DNA of 63,299 nucleotides, counting the filler, from Folioceros fuciformis (taxonomy: Eukaryota): NCBI GenBank assembly GCA_049999805.1. It is 16 parts of 16 records of this genome, joined end to end, with 100 filler letters (N's around TTAATTAATTAA, not from the genome) between each part and the next. Parts side by side here need not be neighbours in the genome. Positions count along the whole stretch, not along the records: positions 45,860 to 50,064 come from JBNGIO010005511.1; positions 50,165 to 51,710 come from JBNGIO010005514.1; positions 51,811 to 52,868 come from JBNGIO010005515.1; positions 52,969 to 54,848 come from JBNGIO010005516.1; positions 54,949 to 55,960 come from JBNGIO010005517.1; positions 56,061 to 61,700 come from JBNGIO010005519.1; 10 more parts are not named here. The stretch is one strand, 5' to 3'. The position numbers were made by a program, and so were the translations under genes. A model generated the notes under the pieces. It made no database searches and was not told the origin of the DNA. It saw nothing but the letters and a program-made list of their open reading frames with translations. Shown here piece after piece: positions 47,815 to 60,040 of this stretch (position 1 is the first letter of the stretch; every line of letters begins with the position of its first letter).

Positions 47815-49987
47815 TGTAAACTTTCCTAATGTGTAGAAAGAGCGGAAGCATGAATTAGAAAAGAATTAAGAAGTACATAGGTTGGGGGGCCTTTTATAGG
47901 GGACCCGGGCACCCCTCTGTAGGGGTGCGACTGTTCGATTAACGAGCTAGGTTAGCCTAACTCACCTGACTACTAGCTAGGGTTATGTAACTCTTACTAA
48001 ACTTAACACTCCCTCTTAAGGATAACATAACCTAGGCTAACGCTCCCTCTGCCGAGGGAGCAACTTCTAGTCTTCAGTTGTTGGTGAGGTAGGGGGCGAA
48101 GTCGACTGTGAGGGTGAGATAGTATATAGCGCCACCAAGGGAGGGAGTCTGAATCTTCCCGGAGATATCGACATGAACTAAGGCCAGTACGGCCTCAGCC
48201 CTATGCGCCCCCTTCGGGAAGGGAGACTCCTTCTGCTTGGCGAGGACACAGGATTCACAGACTGACAGATGTTGGAAACATCTAGGGAGTGGCTCTTGGT
48301 AAAGACCCTGTGAGGACATGGATATGAGCTTATGCTTGTTGATGTGACCTAGCCTGGCGTGCCACAGGGCAGCCAGGTCCTCGGGTGACTGGCCAGCGAC
48401 GTAAGCAAGAGGTCCTTGTTTGCTATTAAGAGTAAGTCTGTACAAACCATCGTGGGGGATGGCTCCCGTTAGGCATAGATCAGGACTATCTGGTCTGTAA
48501 AAGCAGCAGGAGTCACGGGAAAAGTTGACTTCTAGTGAACTATGCCGCAGTAACTGGCTAAGGGATACAAGGTTCTTGCCCATCTGTGGCACATAAAGTA
48601 CTGGTTCTAAGGTTAGGATAGAACCATTGGACAAAGGCAAATCACAGGTCCCTTGTCCAAGGATGGGTAAGCTTGACTTATTCTATTCGTCGCCGAGGAG
48701 GACCCTCTCTCTAATGGGACGCTGGTCCAGCTGGGAGAAGAGGGTAGCGTCGTTGCAGATATGGGCGGTGGCACCACTATCCAGGTACCACCCTTGATCC
48801 TGCTGTGGCTGGGTGCTAAGGCAAACGGTGAGGATCTTCACTATCTTGGTGTCTTCAGTCTTGCCCTTGACTGCCACATTTGCGGTCTGGCGGAGGCCAG
48901 GCTTTTGCGGCTCCCCGACTTTCTTCTTTCGGCATTCTCGCGCCCAGTGGCCGGGAGTGCCGCACCAGTTGCAGTTGCCCGTCCGGCGAGGTGGGGCAGA
49001 GGTCGAGGTGCCCTTGGAGGTGTTGCCTTGCTTCCCATTCGCCTTCCCGGGCCGGAGACGAGCAGCAAGCGCCTTATCAGCCTTGGGCTTGGATCCGCCT
49101 GCTGAAGTAAGGCGACTCTGCTCGTGTTGGTAAAGCACTTCGATATTTTCTTCCACTGTGAGGGAGGAGGTGGGGCCAGTAGCACCACACGTTGACATCA
49201 ACATCAAACTGGTGACGAAATGTTGATAGGAGTGGGGAAGGCTCATCAAAAGCTGGGCAGCAGCGTCCGTCTCAGTTAGGGTTGAGCCGAGGGATGCTAG
49301 CTGTCCTCGAAGTTGCCAAAATCTTGTAGTGTGGGCGGCCACAGTGTCGGACTCCCTCATCTTGAGTGCATTGAACTCCTGCCTGACGCTGTAGAGAGTC
49401 AAGACGTTGTTGACGTTGTACGTGTTAGCGAGCTGGTTCCAGATGGTGGAGGCCTCGGTGAGGAACTCGATACTGGGAACCAGGCTTGAGTCCAAGCCGC
49501 TGATGATGAGGGCGATGGCGATCCCGTTGAGGATGTCCCACCGATCGATGTCGGCCGCAGAGGGAGCGGGGGTAGAGGTCGGTGACGGCTTGGGGTGGCT
49601 GCCGTCCAAGACCTTCCATACACCTCTGCCGGTGAGCAAAGACTTCATCCGGACGCGCCATACTGGATAACGCTGTCCATTGAAGCGGTCTTGCTCCTTG
49701 ATTTGCTCAGTGAATGCTGGGATGGCGCCTACGGAGCTGCTGGTGGCCATCGTGGTTGTTGTATTCAAAGATAGTGAGTTCAATTGCTGGATGATTTGGT
49801 CCAGGTGAGTGTTGGCGCCTGAGGTCATAAAAGCCAGGCTTCAGGGTTGAGGCTGGTCACTTTTTTTTTTTTTTTTTTAGAGAGTATGTACGAAAGGAGG
49901 AGAATACAACCACGAGAGTCCAAGCAAACAGTCTGAAGTTCGGTGGGCAGGGAACTTCAGGTCTGCCGCGCTCCGGCTCTGATACCA
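47815..49987 (-). mobile_element. Internally deleted copia element: PBS-gag-PR-pre-integrase-PPT-LTR, lacking RT/RNase H
   Basis: PBS 49976-49987; gag 49828-48683 (CNWCGTPGHWAREC, WYLDSGAT); LWHARLGH...CESC to 48074; PPT CTTAAGAGGGAG 48009-48020; TG...CA segment 47815-48008 with TATAAAA. Confidence 0.85.
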
Positions 49988-51879
49988 GAGAGTCGTCGTA
50001 GGCGAAAGACGATGTCCACAAGTTCGTCGGCGGTCCTCTCCAACTGGCCCCACAGATCTTGGGTNNNNNNNNNNNNNNNNNNNNNNNNNNNNNNNNNNNN
50101 NNNNNNNNTTAATTAATTAANNNNNNNNNNNNNNNNNNNNNNNNNNNNNNNNNNNNNNNNNNNNAAAGTCAAGTTGAAGAGGCAGCTCGAAATTGGGAAA
50201 ACTCCAAGCAGCAGCAAGTACTTGCAAACTAAGAAATTGTACACTTGTAGTTTGGCACCCAAATTCGTGCAAATGTTGTGCAGAGTGATTCCAAGAATTA
50301 TTGTCTCTCACCATCATGCACCAAGACATCCAGTTGAGACAATTTATGCCCAAACGACAACGCAAGTGTATTGCGGATAGGACATGATGAGCTGTCACTT
50401 AGTACTATCCCCATGTTTGCAAGAACCCTTAGGAGGATTTGTTTAGGCGTTGAGAATGGGCTAGGGCTATTTCGCAACCCGTTTTACCCTGCTGGAGCTG
50501 CTCATTGTGCGGTGGGTGCTATTCACACTGCACCCACTTCATCTGGGCTAGTTCCTTTTCACACAGGTCAAGTTGGGACTGGTCTAAATTTTGGGGAAGT
50601 GCAGGGATTTCACGAAACGTCCTTGCACAGTTTAGTTACGTTAATCAAATAGTCTCGCTACTTCTAGCAGGTGATCTGCTGTATCACACGCGTCTTACAT
50701 CTTCTAACAGCGGAATGCCTGGAACTCGCACTTTGAGGGATTTCAAAATTTATCATGAGGCAACAGATTCAAAATTAAGGCTAAAGCTTGAGGTAGCTTT
50801 CAGCCCACAGTATGCCTTGGAGCAGATTGGCACGGTGGCTACCATTTGTACCCCTAATGGGGCTTTCGCAACAGCTATGGCCAATAATGCATTCCCTGTT
50901 GCTGTCGCAGGACATAGGGCATCAGGAGAATCAAGAGCTGCACCAACCATGGTGACTTCGAGCCCAACCGAATTAGCTGCAACCATTGTCGGGATTTCAC
51001 CAACTATTTCAACAGAAGTGATATGACCATGAAATTATCTTTAGAAAAAACATGAATCCAGGGGTGGAATGTTAGGCTTCGCGGCCGCTCCAACAGCATC
51101 TCCCTGCTGACTGAGCAGTTGGCAACACAACTCAACTAGAAACTGTAGGATGCAAAGATTCTTGAAGTATCATCTGTGTCGCTTGCTAAAGGCGGCTATG
51201 TGGAGCTTCAGTCTCCACACCTTGGGGGTGGTGCTCACGTAGGCCGAAAAGCTTACTGGTTTGCAGGTCCAGCCTGTTCACTGGTTCCCTGCACACCTAA
51301 CCGACGGTCACCATTGTTGGAATTGAACTGGAGGGAGTCCGGATGTGATTTGAGCATCCCACCCAAGCTGGCACTTGGTTTGAGAATCAGGGTTCAGTAC
51401 AGTCGGACAGGCCGAAGGTGCTCAGTGAATTACACGGTTTGCATGTGTGACGGGTAAAGTTGACACATGACAGATTCAGGGGCGGCCCCTCACGATATCG
51501 ACCTCAGAAACTTAAGTCAGTGAAGAACCACAAGCGTATACAAAGCATAAACGAAACGGCAGCTTGTTCAAGCAATTTTACGAGATTTCCTCATCCACAA
51601 AAGATGAGAAGGGGATCCATAGTGGAAATTAGGTCCCAGGCACCACCGACAGCACGTTCGTATGGTGGAGCTTACAAAGCTTGGAAGAAGAAATGAAGTC
51701 GACGGTGCGTNNNNNNNNNNNNNNNNNNNNNNNNNNNNNNNNNNNNNNNNNNNNTTAATTAATTAANNNNNNNNNNNNNNNNNNNNNNNNNNNNNNNNNN
51801 NNNNNNNNNNTATATTTCTGATTATAAAACTAACCTAAACTAACATAATTTCCTTTACACATGTGTCGCAGCATTGGAT

Positions 51880-52159
51880 CCTTCCTTGCGAGGGACCCCA
51901 ACTTGCTTTTTGCGACACTCACGTTCCTAGTGACCAGGTAACTTACACCAGTTGCAGGTACTTGTCCTTTTTGTCTTCCTTCCAGTTGAGGCTAATCCTT
52001 GCGAACTGCATGCTTTTGAAGAGTTTCCACCACTTCCTTTTGGAGGAAATCTTCTACCTCCTTTCCCTTGGTTAGAGGTATACAAGGCCTGCTGTTTTCC
52101 TGCTCGCTTGTGAGTCATCCTGCTAGCTTCCTCTTGAAGCATGGAACTAACAAGCTGTG
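51880..52159 (-). mobile_element. Copia gag remnant
   Basis: MLQEEASR...CNWCKLPGH*, paralogous to the knuckles at ~48960 and ~61550. Confidence 0.7.
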
Positions 52160-52868
52160 TGTGAACCTCCAAAGTTTGGGGTAGTAGTTTGTTTTGGTTG
52201 AAAAAGGGTTAATAGTGGTATGGTTTGGTTTTCTTTTTCAACTTATTTTTCCTAATTTTCTGGTCATTTTTCCTATTTTTCTTTGTGCTAATTGGGTTAA
52301 TTGACCAGGAAATAGTGGGTTTGGTTATAAGAGTGGGTATAGGTTTGGTCCCAGACCTGGGAAGGTTTAGGTTCGGTACCAGGGCATAGGGTTGGGTGAT
52401 TAGTTTAATATTAATTAAAGATATATAATTATTAAATAATTAAATAACAATATAATAATATTAAAATAATATAATAATATAATAATGGTTTGAACATAGG
52501 AACGGGTATCTGGGTATGTCAGTGTCAGGGGTCAGGGTCTGACGATAGGCTGGCTGATTGCTTGGCTGGCATGAACGGTTGTGGAGGCCATGCCCTAGCT
52601 AGAGCTAGAGGCAGGGGTTGCAGCCGCCCCCATCCCCTTTTCCCCCTTTCTCCCTTCCTCCTCCATTCCCTTCTTGCCCCCTTCCTCTTCTTCCTCCCTT
52701 CCTTCTTAATCTTCCCTCCCTGTTTCTTCTTTGGATCTAGATTGCAGGCAGGAGGAGAGATCGACGGGTGATGGGAGCGAAGGTGTGCAGGAGAGGAGGC
52801 TGAGGCGAGCTGCAGGATTCCGCCGATTCCCGGCCAGGCCTGCTTTCTTCTTCTTTCCTGCTGATTTC
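52160..52868. repeat. Second LTR-like family ('TGTGAACCTCCAAAG'), copy 1, inserted in copia gag
   Basis: About 490 bp closely match 54268-54795; both begin TGTGAAC. Confidence 0.8.
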
Positions 52869-54267
52869 NNNNNNNNNNNNNNNNNNNNNNNNNNNNNNNN
52901 NNNNNNNNNNNNTTAATTAATTAANNNNNNNNNNNNNNNNNNNNNNNNNNNNNNNNNNNNNNNNNNNNGGAAGAAACGGGGTAGAATGGGAGCACGGGAG
53001 CGGGCGGGGCGGGCAGATCCGGCACCGCAATGGCTGGGGAAATCAGCGCGCCGCCGCAGCTAGGGAAGTTGGCCAGCAGTGAGGTGTGGGAGGGAAAGAA
53101 TTGGCAACGGGGCAGAATAGGCAGGAATTGGAGGGAGGGGGGGGAATCAACGACCTTCCCGAGTTGTCGAGCCTTCATATGATCGGGACTGGACAGCCAC
53201 GATCGGCTGGCCTAGCCGCTGCCGGTCCAGTGCCGCCCACCTGCCTCCAGCCCAACCAGCACACTCAAGTCCACCCCGACTAGCCGACCAGCCCGCCTTC
53301 CGGATTAGCCAGCCAAGCTGGCTACAGGCCGGCTGATCCTGCTGCGCTCCAGGCTGGCCATCGACTCCCGAGTCTGGCTAGGTAGTCAGCCCGTGGGTCG
53401 CCTGCTTCCTAGATGCCGAGTTGCCTACCACCTGGTTGCCCGCTCCAGGATCAACCAGCCAGCCTACCGTCGGCCTGATCCATTCCGGTCCCGATTTGGC
53501 CAGCCCATCGATTAGACGTATGGCCATATCCAACCCACCAATCCATCAGCCACCCTAGTGGCTACTGCCAACCGCCTGGCAGATTCAGCCAGGCAACTAG
53601 CTGGCCAGGCTGGTTGCCTACTGAATCCAGCTACCCAGAAGCTAGGCTAGCCGGCCTGGTGGCTTGGCTGCTGCAGCCAGACCGGTGGCTGGCTTCCAGA
53701 TCCAGCCTCGGCCTGCTCATCTGGCCTGCAACCCGACTAGCCCGGCCGTTGCATGCACTGCCAAAATGGCCTGGCTGCCTGCTTGGCCATCTTTAGCTGC
53801 AGGCAAGCCACAACCTGTCTGATCCCATCCGATCCGCCAGGCCTCCCACCAGATCCACGCATGTCTTGGTTTCTGTGCTTGATTCACCACCATCGGCCCG
53901 GCCAGCTTGCTCTCGCCTACCAGATATCTGGCCAGACCCGCCAAGCACCTCATTGGTCCCGTCCGATCATGCCACCTGCCCGGCCGCCTGGACCTGATCG
54001 TCACCTGCTTAGCTTGGAGCCGGCCGCTGCTGAGCCAGCCCCCCGCCACTGCACCCGGCCATCCTTGCCCTCGTGACCCTTGCCTAGCCGGTGCACCAGG
54101 AGCAAGGGCCTGTCGTCCCCGTCCTTTCTCCCATAGGTCATTCGATGGGCTTCCACACACATCCAGACACCCTAGCCAAGGGGACCTAGACCCGTGGCCT
54201 GCTGCTGCCTGACCGCGCCCGGATGTTGTCACCCACCCGGCTGATCCACCCCGGTCTCGTGTCCCGG

Positions 54268-54848
54268 TGTGAACCTCCAAAGTTTGGGGTAGTAGTTTGT
54301 TTTGGTTGAAAAAGGGTTAATAGTGGTATGGTTTGGTTTTCTTTTTCAACTTATTTTCCCTAATTTTCCTTTTTTTTTCTGGCCATTTTTCCTATTTTTC
54401 TTTGTGCTAATTAGGTTAATTGACCAGGAAATAGTTGGTTTGGTTATAAGAGTGGGTATAGGTTTGGTCCCAGACCTGGGAAGGTTTAGGTTCGGTACTA
54501 GGCCATAGGGTTGGGAAAGTTTGAGTCTAGGTCTGGTGATTAGTTTAATATTAATTAAAAAATATATAATATTAAATAATTAAATAATAATATAATAATA
54601 TTAAATATTAAAAATAATAAAATAAGGGTTTGAACATAGGAACGGGTATCTGGGTATGTCAGTGTCAGGGGTCAAGGTCTGACGATAGGCTGGCTGATTG
54701 CTTGGCTGGCATGAATGGCCATGGAGGCCATGCCCTAGCTAGAGCTAGAGCTAGAGGTAGGGGTTGCGGCCGTCCCCATCCCTTTTCCCCCTTTCTCCCT
54801 TCCACTTGCGCTGGTCTCGAGTCCGCCTTCACCTGGCTAGCCTGCTAC
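54268..54848. repeat. 'TGTGAACCTCCAAAG' family, copy 2
   Basis: Matches 52160 onward, with a ~20-bp indel near 54516. Confidence 0.8.
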
Positions 54849-54948
54849 NNNNNNNNNNNNNNNNNNNNNNNNNNNNNNNNNNNNNNNNNNNNTTAATTAA
54901 TTAANNNNNNNNNNNNNNNNNNNNNNNNNNNNNNNNNNNNNNNNNNNN

Positions 54949-55960
54949 TAGCGGGCGACCATCCAGCAAGGAAGAGGCGGCGTCCGCAGATCTTTGAAGA
55001 TCGGACATCCTCCGAAGTCTGTGGATAGTCTAAGAGGTGGTAGATCCTTGTGGTGGTAGGGCCAGAAGCTCATTGGTGGCAGGTTGTGCTAGAAGTCTAA
55101 ATAAGTGGCTGGTGACAGCCGGATAGGCTATTAAAATAATATTTCTCAAGTTAGAGAGAGGTGAAGTCAGAGAGAGAGAGAGGCTCCTATAAGATCAGGT
55201 GAGCCTGTAGGAAGGAGGAGTCATTCACTTTTGGGACTCAGTCTATCTCTTTGTGAGCTCTTGGAGGTCCTCTCTTCTTGAGCTCTTGTGGTCTGTCCCT
55301 ACTTGGTTTAGGACCTGTAGTGTGTTGCCGGCTGTGCAACGTCTGGTAGGATCGCAAGCCGTGTGTTGCCGGCTGTACAGTGTCTGGTAGGATCGCAGGC
55401 AGCGTGTTGCCGGCTGTACAGTGTCTGGTAGGATCGCGGGCAGCGTGTTGCCGGTTGTATAGTGTCTGGTAGGATCACAAGGTGTAATGACCAGGGTGAA
55501 GGGGCTTGCCCCTAGCTCTTGATTGTAAAGGGTGTGTCTTTCTCTCGACCTGTCCACTCTTGTTCCTTGCTTGGTCAAGTGTTGTAGGCCGGCCATGTCT
55601 CATGGCGTCTGGTAAGGTTGTGGGGAGGAGATACCCAAGAGGGGAGTGTGTTCCCTTCTTCCTTTTGTTTGGGGTTAGTCTAGTGACTCGTGCCGAGTAG
55701 GAGGAGTCTGTAGGGAAGTATACAAGGTAGTGGTGTCGTTGCTGGTTGCTAGTAGTTGCTGGTGTTGGTGCTGGAGCGAGAGAGTGAGTGAAGTGAGTGA
55801 AGGAAGATGCAGATCTGAGAGGTTAGAGTCGTTGTAGTGACTGGAGTGAGTTTGTGGGCACCGAGAGAGGTGCAGCTGACCGCCGGACAGCGAGGCCTGT
55901 CCTACGCCTAATTGGAGCTGGAGGGGAGCCCTCGAATCCATCATCGAGTTGATCAAGTCC
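54949..55960. repeat. Internal part of the 'TGTGGAGGCAAAACC' LTR with a 41-bp tandem repeat x4 (55322-55480)
   Basis: 55550-55960 matches the other copies; unit GTGTTGCCGGCTGTACAGTGTCTGGTAGGATCGC; the left part is assigned by continuity only. Confidence 0.75.
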
Positions 55961-56060
55961 NNNNNNNNNNNNNNNNNNNNNNNNNNNNNNNNNNNNNNNN
56001 NNNNTTAATTAATTAANNNNNNNNNNNNNNNNNNNNNNNNNNNNNNNNNNNNNNNNNNNN

Positions 56061-59000
56061 GAGCTATGGCAGAAATAGTGTGACCTGTATGAGAAGCAAA
56101 GTGCGGCTTCTCAGGTGTATTGGTTGAAACAGCTAGTGGACTTGAAGATGAAGGAAGGGATGAGGATGTTCGATCATATGAATGAGTTCAATACCATTTT
56201 CAGCTAGCTCTCATTGCAAGGTATCTCGTTCCCAGATTCCGTGAGAGCTATGTTTCTGTTGCTCACATTACCAAAGAGTTGGGACACCTTTTGTATAGCT
56301 CTGAGTAATTCCGCTCCTGCCAGTGGTCTTACAGTTGTAAATGTAGAAGGTAGCCTGTTAACAGAGGAGGTAAACAGGAAGAATATGGAACCTTCAAAAG
56401 GTTCTAATGCCCTCATGGTGAGAAGAAGGTTCACTTCAAAGGGGAAGTACAAGGAGCGAAGTCGTTCCCGTAGTAAGTCTCGTAGTCGTAACAATGTTGA
56501 GTGTTACCATTGTCACAAGAAGGAACACATCAAAAGGGACTGCGAGAAGTTCAAGAAGGACAAAAACAAGGAGAAGAAGCAGAGCGACAATAAGGAAAGT
56601 TCGAGTGTCAAGCGTGACAAGGTGAATTCTATTGATGATGGAGATGTTCTTACCTCTTCTTGCTTCAATTCTGCACAATTGATAGCCGTGGAGAGTCACT
56701 TATTCTCTAATTGGATAATTGACTCTGGAGCATCTTTCCATGTTACTCCGCATAGGGAGTGGTTTAGCACTTATGATGCTACTAGGAAAGGATGTGTTCG
56801 GCTTGGAAATAACTACGTGTGCGAGATTGCAGGCGTTGGTGATGTGTAGTTGAAGTTCGACAACGGATCTTCATACATACTGAAGGATGTTAGGCATGTT
56901 CCTAAGTTGACAAAAAGCATGATTAGCGCAGGGCAGTTGGATGACGCTGGCTACCATTGTTGGTTTGGAGATCATTCTTGGAAGATCTCCAAAGGTTCTC
57001 TTGTGTTAGCTCGTGGATCGAAGTGTGGCACTTTGTACTCACTTCAGGTAACCACTATCAAGGATCATGTGATTTGTGTAACGGAACAACCAAGTGTTTC
57101 CTTATGGCATAGTCGGTTCGGACATATGTCTCAAAAAGGAATGAAGATCCTATCTTGTTTTGGTTACGTCCCTGCTTTTGACTTCTCCGATTTCTCCGTG
57201 TGTGAGCACCGTTTGTATGGGAAACAGACGAAGTCACCACATGGAGCAAGAGGTAAACACAAAAGTAAACCTCTTGAATTGGTTCACAGTGACGTTTGTG
57301 GACCTATTGCCCACTGTATCGTTAGGCGGTGCATCCTATTTTGTCACTTTCATTGACGACTTCTCACGCAAGGTGTGGGTTTATCCTTTGAGGAAAAAGG
57401 ATGATATTCTGACAGTGTTTCAGAAATTCATCACCCTTATGCAGAATGAGTCTAGCCTCTGGCTGAACTGTCTGAGGACAGACAATGGGGGAGAGTATGT
57501 CTCAAAGGCTTTTCAATCATTTTGTGATTCCAAGGGAATCAAGAGAGAATTGACTGCGCCGTATACTCCTCCCCAAAATGGTGTGGCTGAACAGATGAAC
57601 AGGACCATCTAGGAGAGGATGCGTAGTTTGTTGTCAAACTCTGTATTGCCTAACGGATTTTGGGCAAAAGCAGTGGTTACGGCAGTGCATCTTATTAACA
57701 GATCTCCTAATAGGGCTGTGAATGAACAGGTTCTAGAGGAGATGTAGTCTGGAAAGAAGCCGTCATACAAGCATCTACGAGTGTTTGGCTGCAAGGCATA
57801 CTACCATGTTCCGAAGGAGTTTCGGGACAAGTTGGCACCCAAGTCCAAGAAATGTCTTTTTCTTGGCTATGGTGAATCTGGTGAGATGGGATACCGTCTA
57901 TGGTATCCAGAAGCCAAGAGGATGGTTCGCAGCAATGACGTGTTCTTCAATGAAACCAAGATGCACAAGAAGCCTACGCCAACAGTGGAGGTGCGATGGG
58001 TGGTCTTCCAAGAAGATGGATTTGACCGTCCAGCGCAGGTTGAACGTCGTGATGTGCAGGAACAAGTTCCTCCACTGGTACAAGAGGAGAGAGTGCAACC
58101 AGCTCCGGTCGAGGCGCTAGTGCTTCGTAGGTCAAGAAGGATTTCACGTTCTCCTGACAAGTATGTTGCATCTCTTGATTATGTCATGCTGAAGGATTGT
58201 GGGGAGCCCTCTTGTTATCAAGAGGCCATGTCAGTGACTGACAAGGACAAGTGGGAGAAGGCGATGCAGTCGCAGATGGATTCGCTCCATAACAACCAAA
58301 CTTGGGAGTTGGTTCAGTTGCCTAAGGGCAAGAAGGCGATGCCATGCAAATGGGTGTATAAGATGAAGGACATACCCCATTATGGCAAACCCAAGTCCAA
58401 GGCACGATTGGTTGCAAAGGGTTTTAAGCAACAGCAAGGTATTGACTTTGATGAGATTTTCTCACCGGTTGTCAAAATGACCACTTTGCGATGTGTTCTT
58501 GATCTAGTTGCGAGGCACGACATGGAACTTATCCAAATGGATGTGAAGTCGGCATTTCTGCATGGTGATTTCTAAGAAGAGGTATACATGCAGCAACCAG
58601 AGGGTTTCATTGAGAAAGGCAAAGAGAATCTGGTGTGCAGGTTAAAGAAGAGCCTTTATGGTTTGAAACAGGCACCTAGGGAGTGGTATTTCAAGTTCCA
58701 CTCATTTATGATTTCTCAAGGCTACAAGCGTAGCGATGAGGATCATTGCCTCTATACGAAGCAAGCTAAGGATGCAAGCTTGCTCATTCTGGTCCTCTAT
58801 GTGGATAATATGCTAATTGTTGGGACTAACAGTGATGAGATTTCAGCGTTGAAGTCAAAGTTGAATGGTCGCTTTGACATGACAGACTTGGGAGAGGCAA
58901 GCTATATTCTTGGCATGCATATTCGTCGAGACAGATAGAAGCGTTTGCTGTACTTGTCTCAGACTGAATACATTAACAAGGTGCTTCAACGTTTCAATAT

Positions 59001-59787
59001 GGAGAAGGGGAAGGTATTAAGTACTCCATTGCCTCCATATGTGAAACTGTCAAGCAAGGATTGCCCAAGCTCTGCGGAGGACAAAGTTGAAATGGAGAAG
59101 GTTCCATACTCATCAGCTGTAGGGAGTTTGATGTATGCAATGATTGCTACACGTCCTGACATTGCCTTTGTAGTGGGAGTGGTTAGTAGGTTTATGTCAA
59201 ACCCTGGCAGGAAGCATTGGGAGGTAGTGAAAGGAGTTATGAGGTACTTGAATGGTACAAAAGCTTTGTGCTTATGTTTTGGTAGTGAAGATGCATCTGT
59301 CGTGGGATATATGGATGCTGATTATGTAGGGGATATGAACAAAAGGAGGTCCACATCATGTTATGTCTTCATGTGCACAAGAGAGGCAGTCTCTTTGCAA
59401 TTGTGCATAACGCTATCTACCATAGAGGCCGAGTATGTTGCAGCAACAGAGGCGTGTAAGGAAGCCATGTGACTTGCTCGTTTAGTGGGAGATTTGGGGA
59501 TCAAGGTTGAGCTGCCAATGTTACATTGTGATAGCCAGAGTGCTATCGAGTTGGCGAAGAATCTAGTATTTCACGTGAAGACCAAACATGTGAAAGTGAA
59601 GAATCACTTCATTCGAGAGGTGTTGGAAGACAAGAGGGTACAACTTATCAAAGTTCACACCAGTCAGAACCTTGCAGATGTTCTTACCAAGGGGCTCTCT
59701 ACGAAGCAATTCGCACAAGCTCGGACACTCATGGGCATGAGGTAGACCACTCTCCTATGAAGGTAAATTGGCCTTTAAGGGGGAGGT
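56061..59787 (+). mobile_element. Near full-length Tnt1/Tork-like copia internal region, pseudogenised
   Basis: gag knuckle (CYHCHKKEHIKRDC), WIIDSGAS, LRTDNGGEY, QNGVAE, LYGLKQ, YVDN, RNase H (CDSQSAI..TKH..ADVLTK); many stops; PPT at ~59777-59786. Confidence 0.95.
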
Positions 59788-60040
59788 TGTAGGGTTATTA
59801 ATATGATAGTAGGTCTAGTTAACTTTAGAACAGCCTTATCCTGGTTAGTTAAATAGGGTTAGGGCCATCTCACTAGGCACCATCTGAATAGTCACATTGT
59901 TACGACACGACCGTTGGACATGACGGTTGGGTACACTCTAGGTTCGCCACGGGCGTCCCTCCCCATAATTGTTCAGTCTACTCCATTCCTTATTCATCTC
60001 TTTCGATCACACTACCGCTGCACGGTTTGGTTTACTGAAT
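59788..60040 (+). repeat. LTR-like segment between a PPT and an iMet PBS (60041-60052)
   Basis: Starts TGTAGG after AAGGGGGAGG; followed by TGGTATCAGAGC; no terminal CA. Confidence 0.6.

Noticed and set aside
50165-51710. ORFs of 68-173 aa in this contig, and those in 42823-44100
   Set aside because: No recognisable motifs or consistent exon structure; left unannotated.
55322-55480. 41-bp and 39-bp (44455) arrays as CRISPR
   Set aside because: Contiguous units without unique spacers, eukaryotic context, no cas genes.
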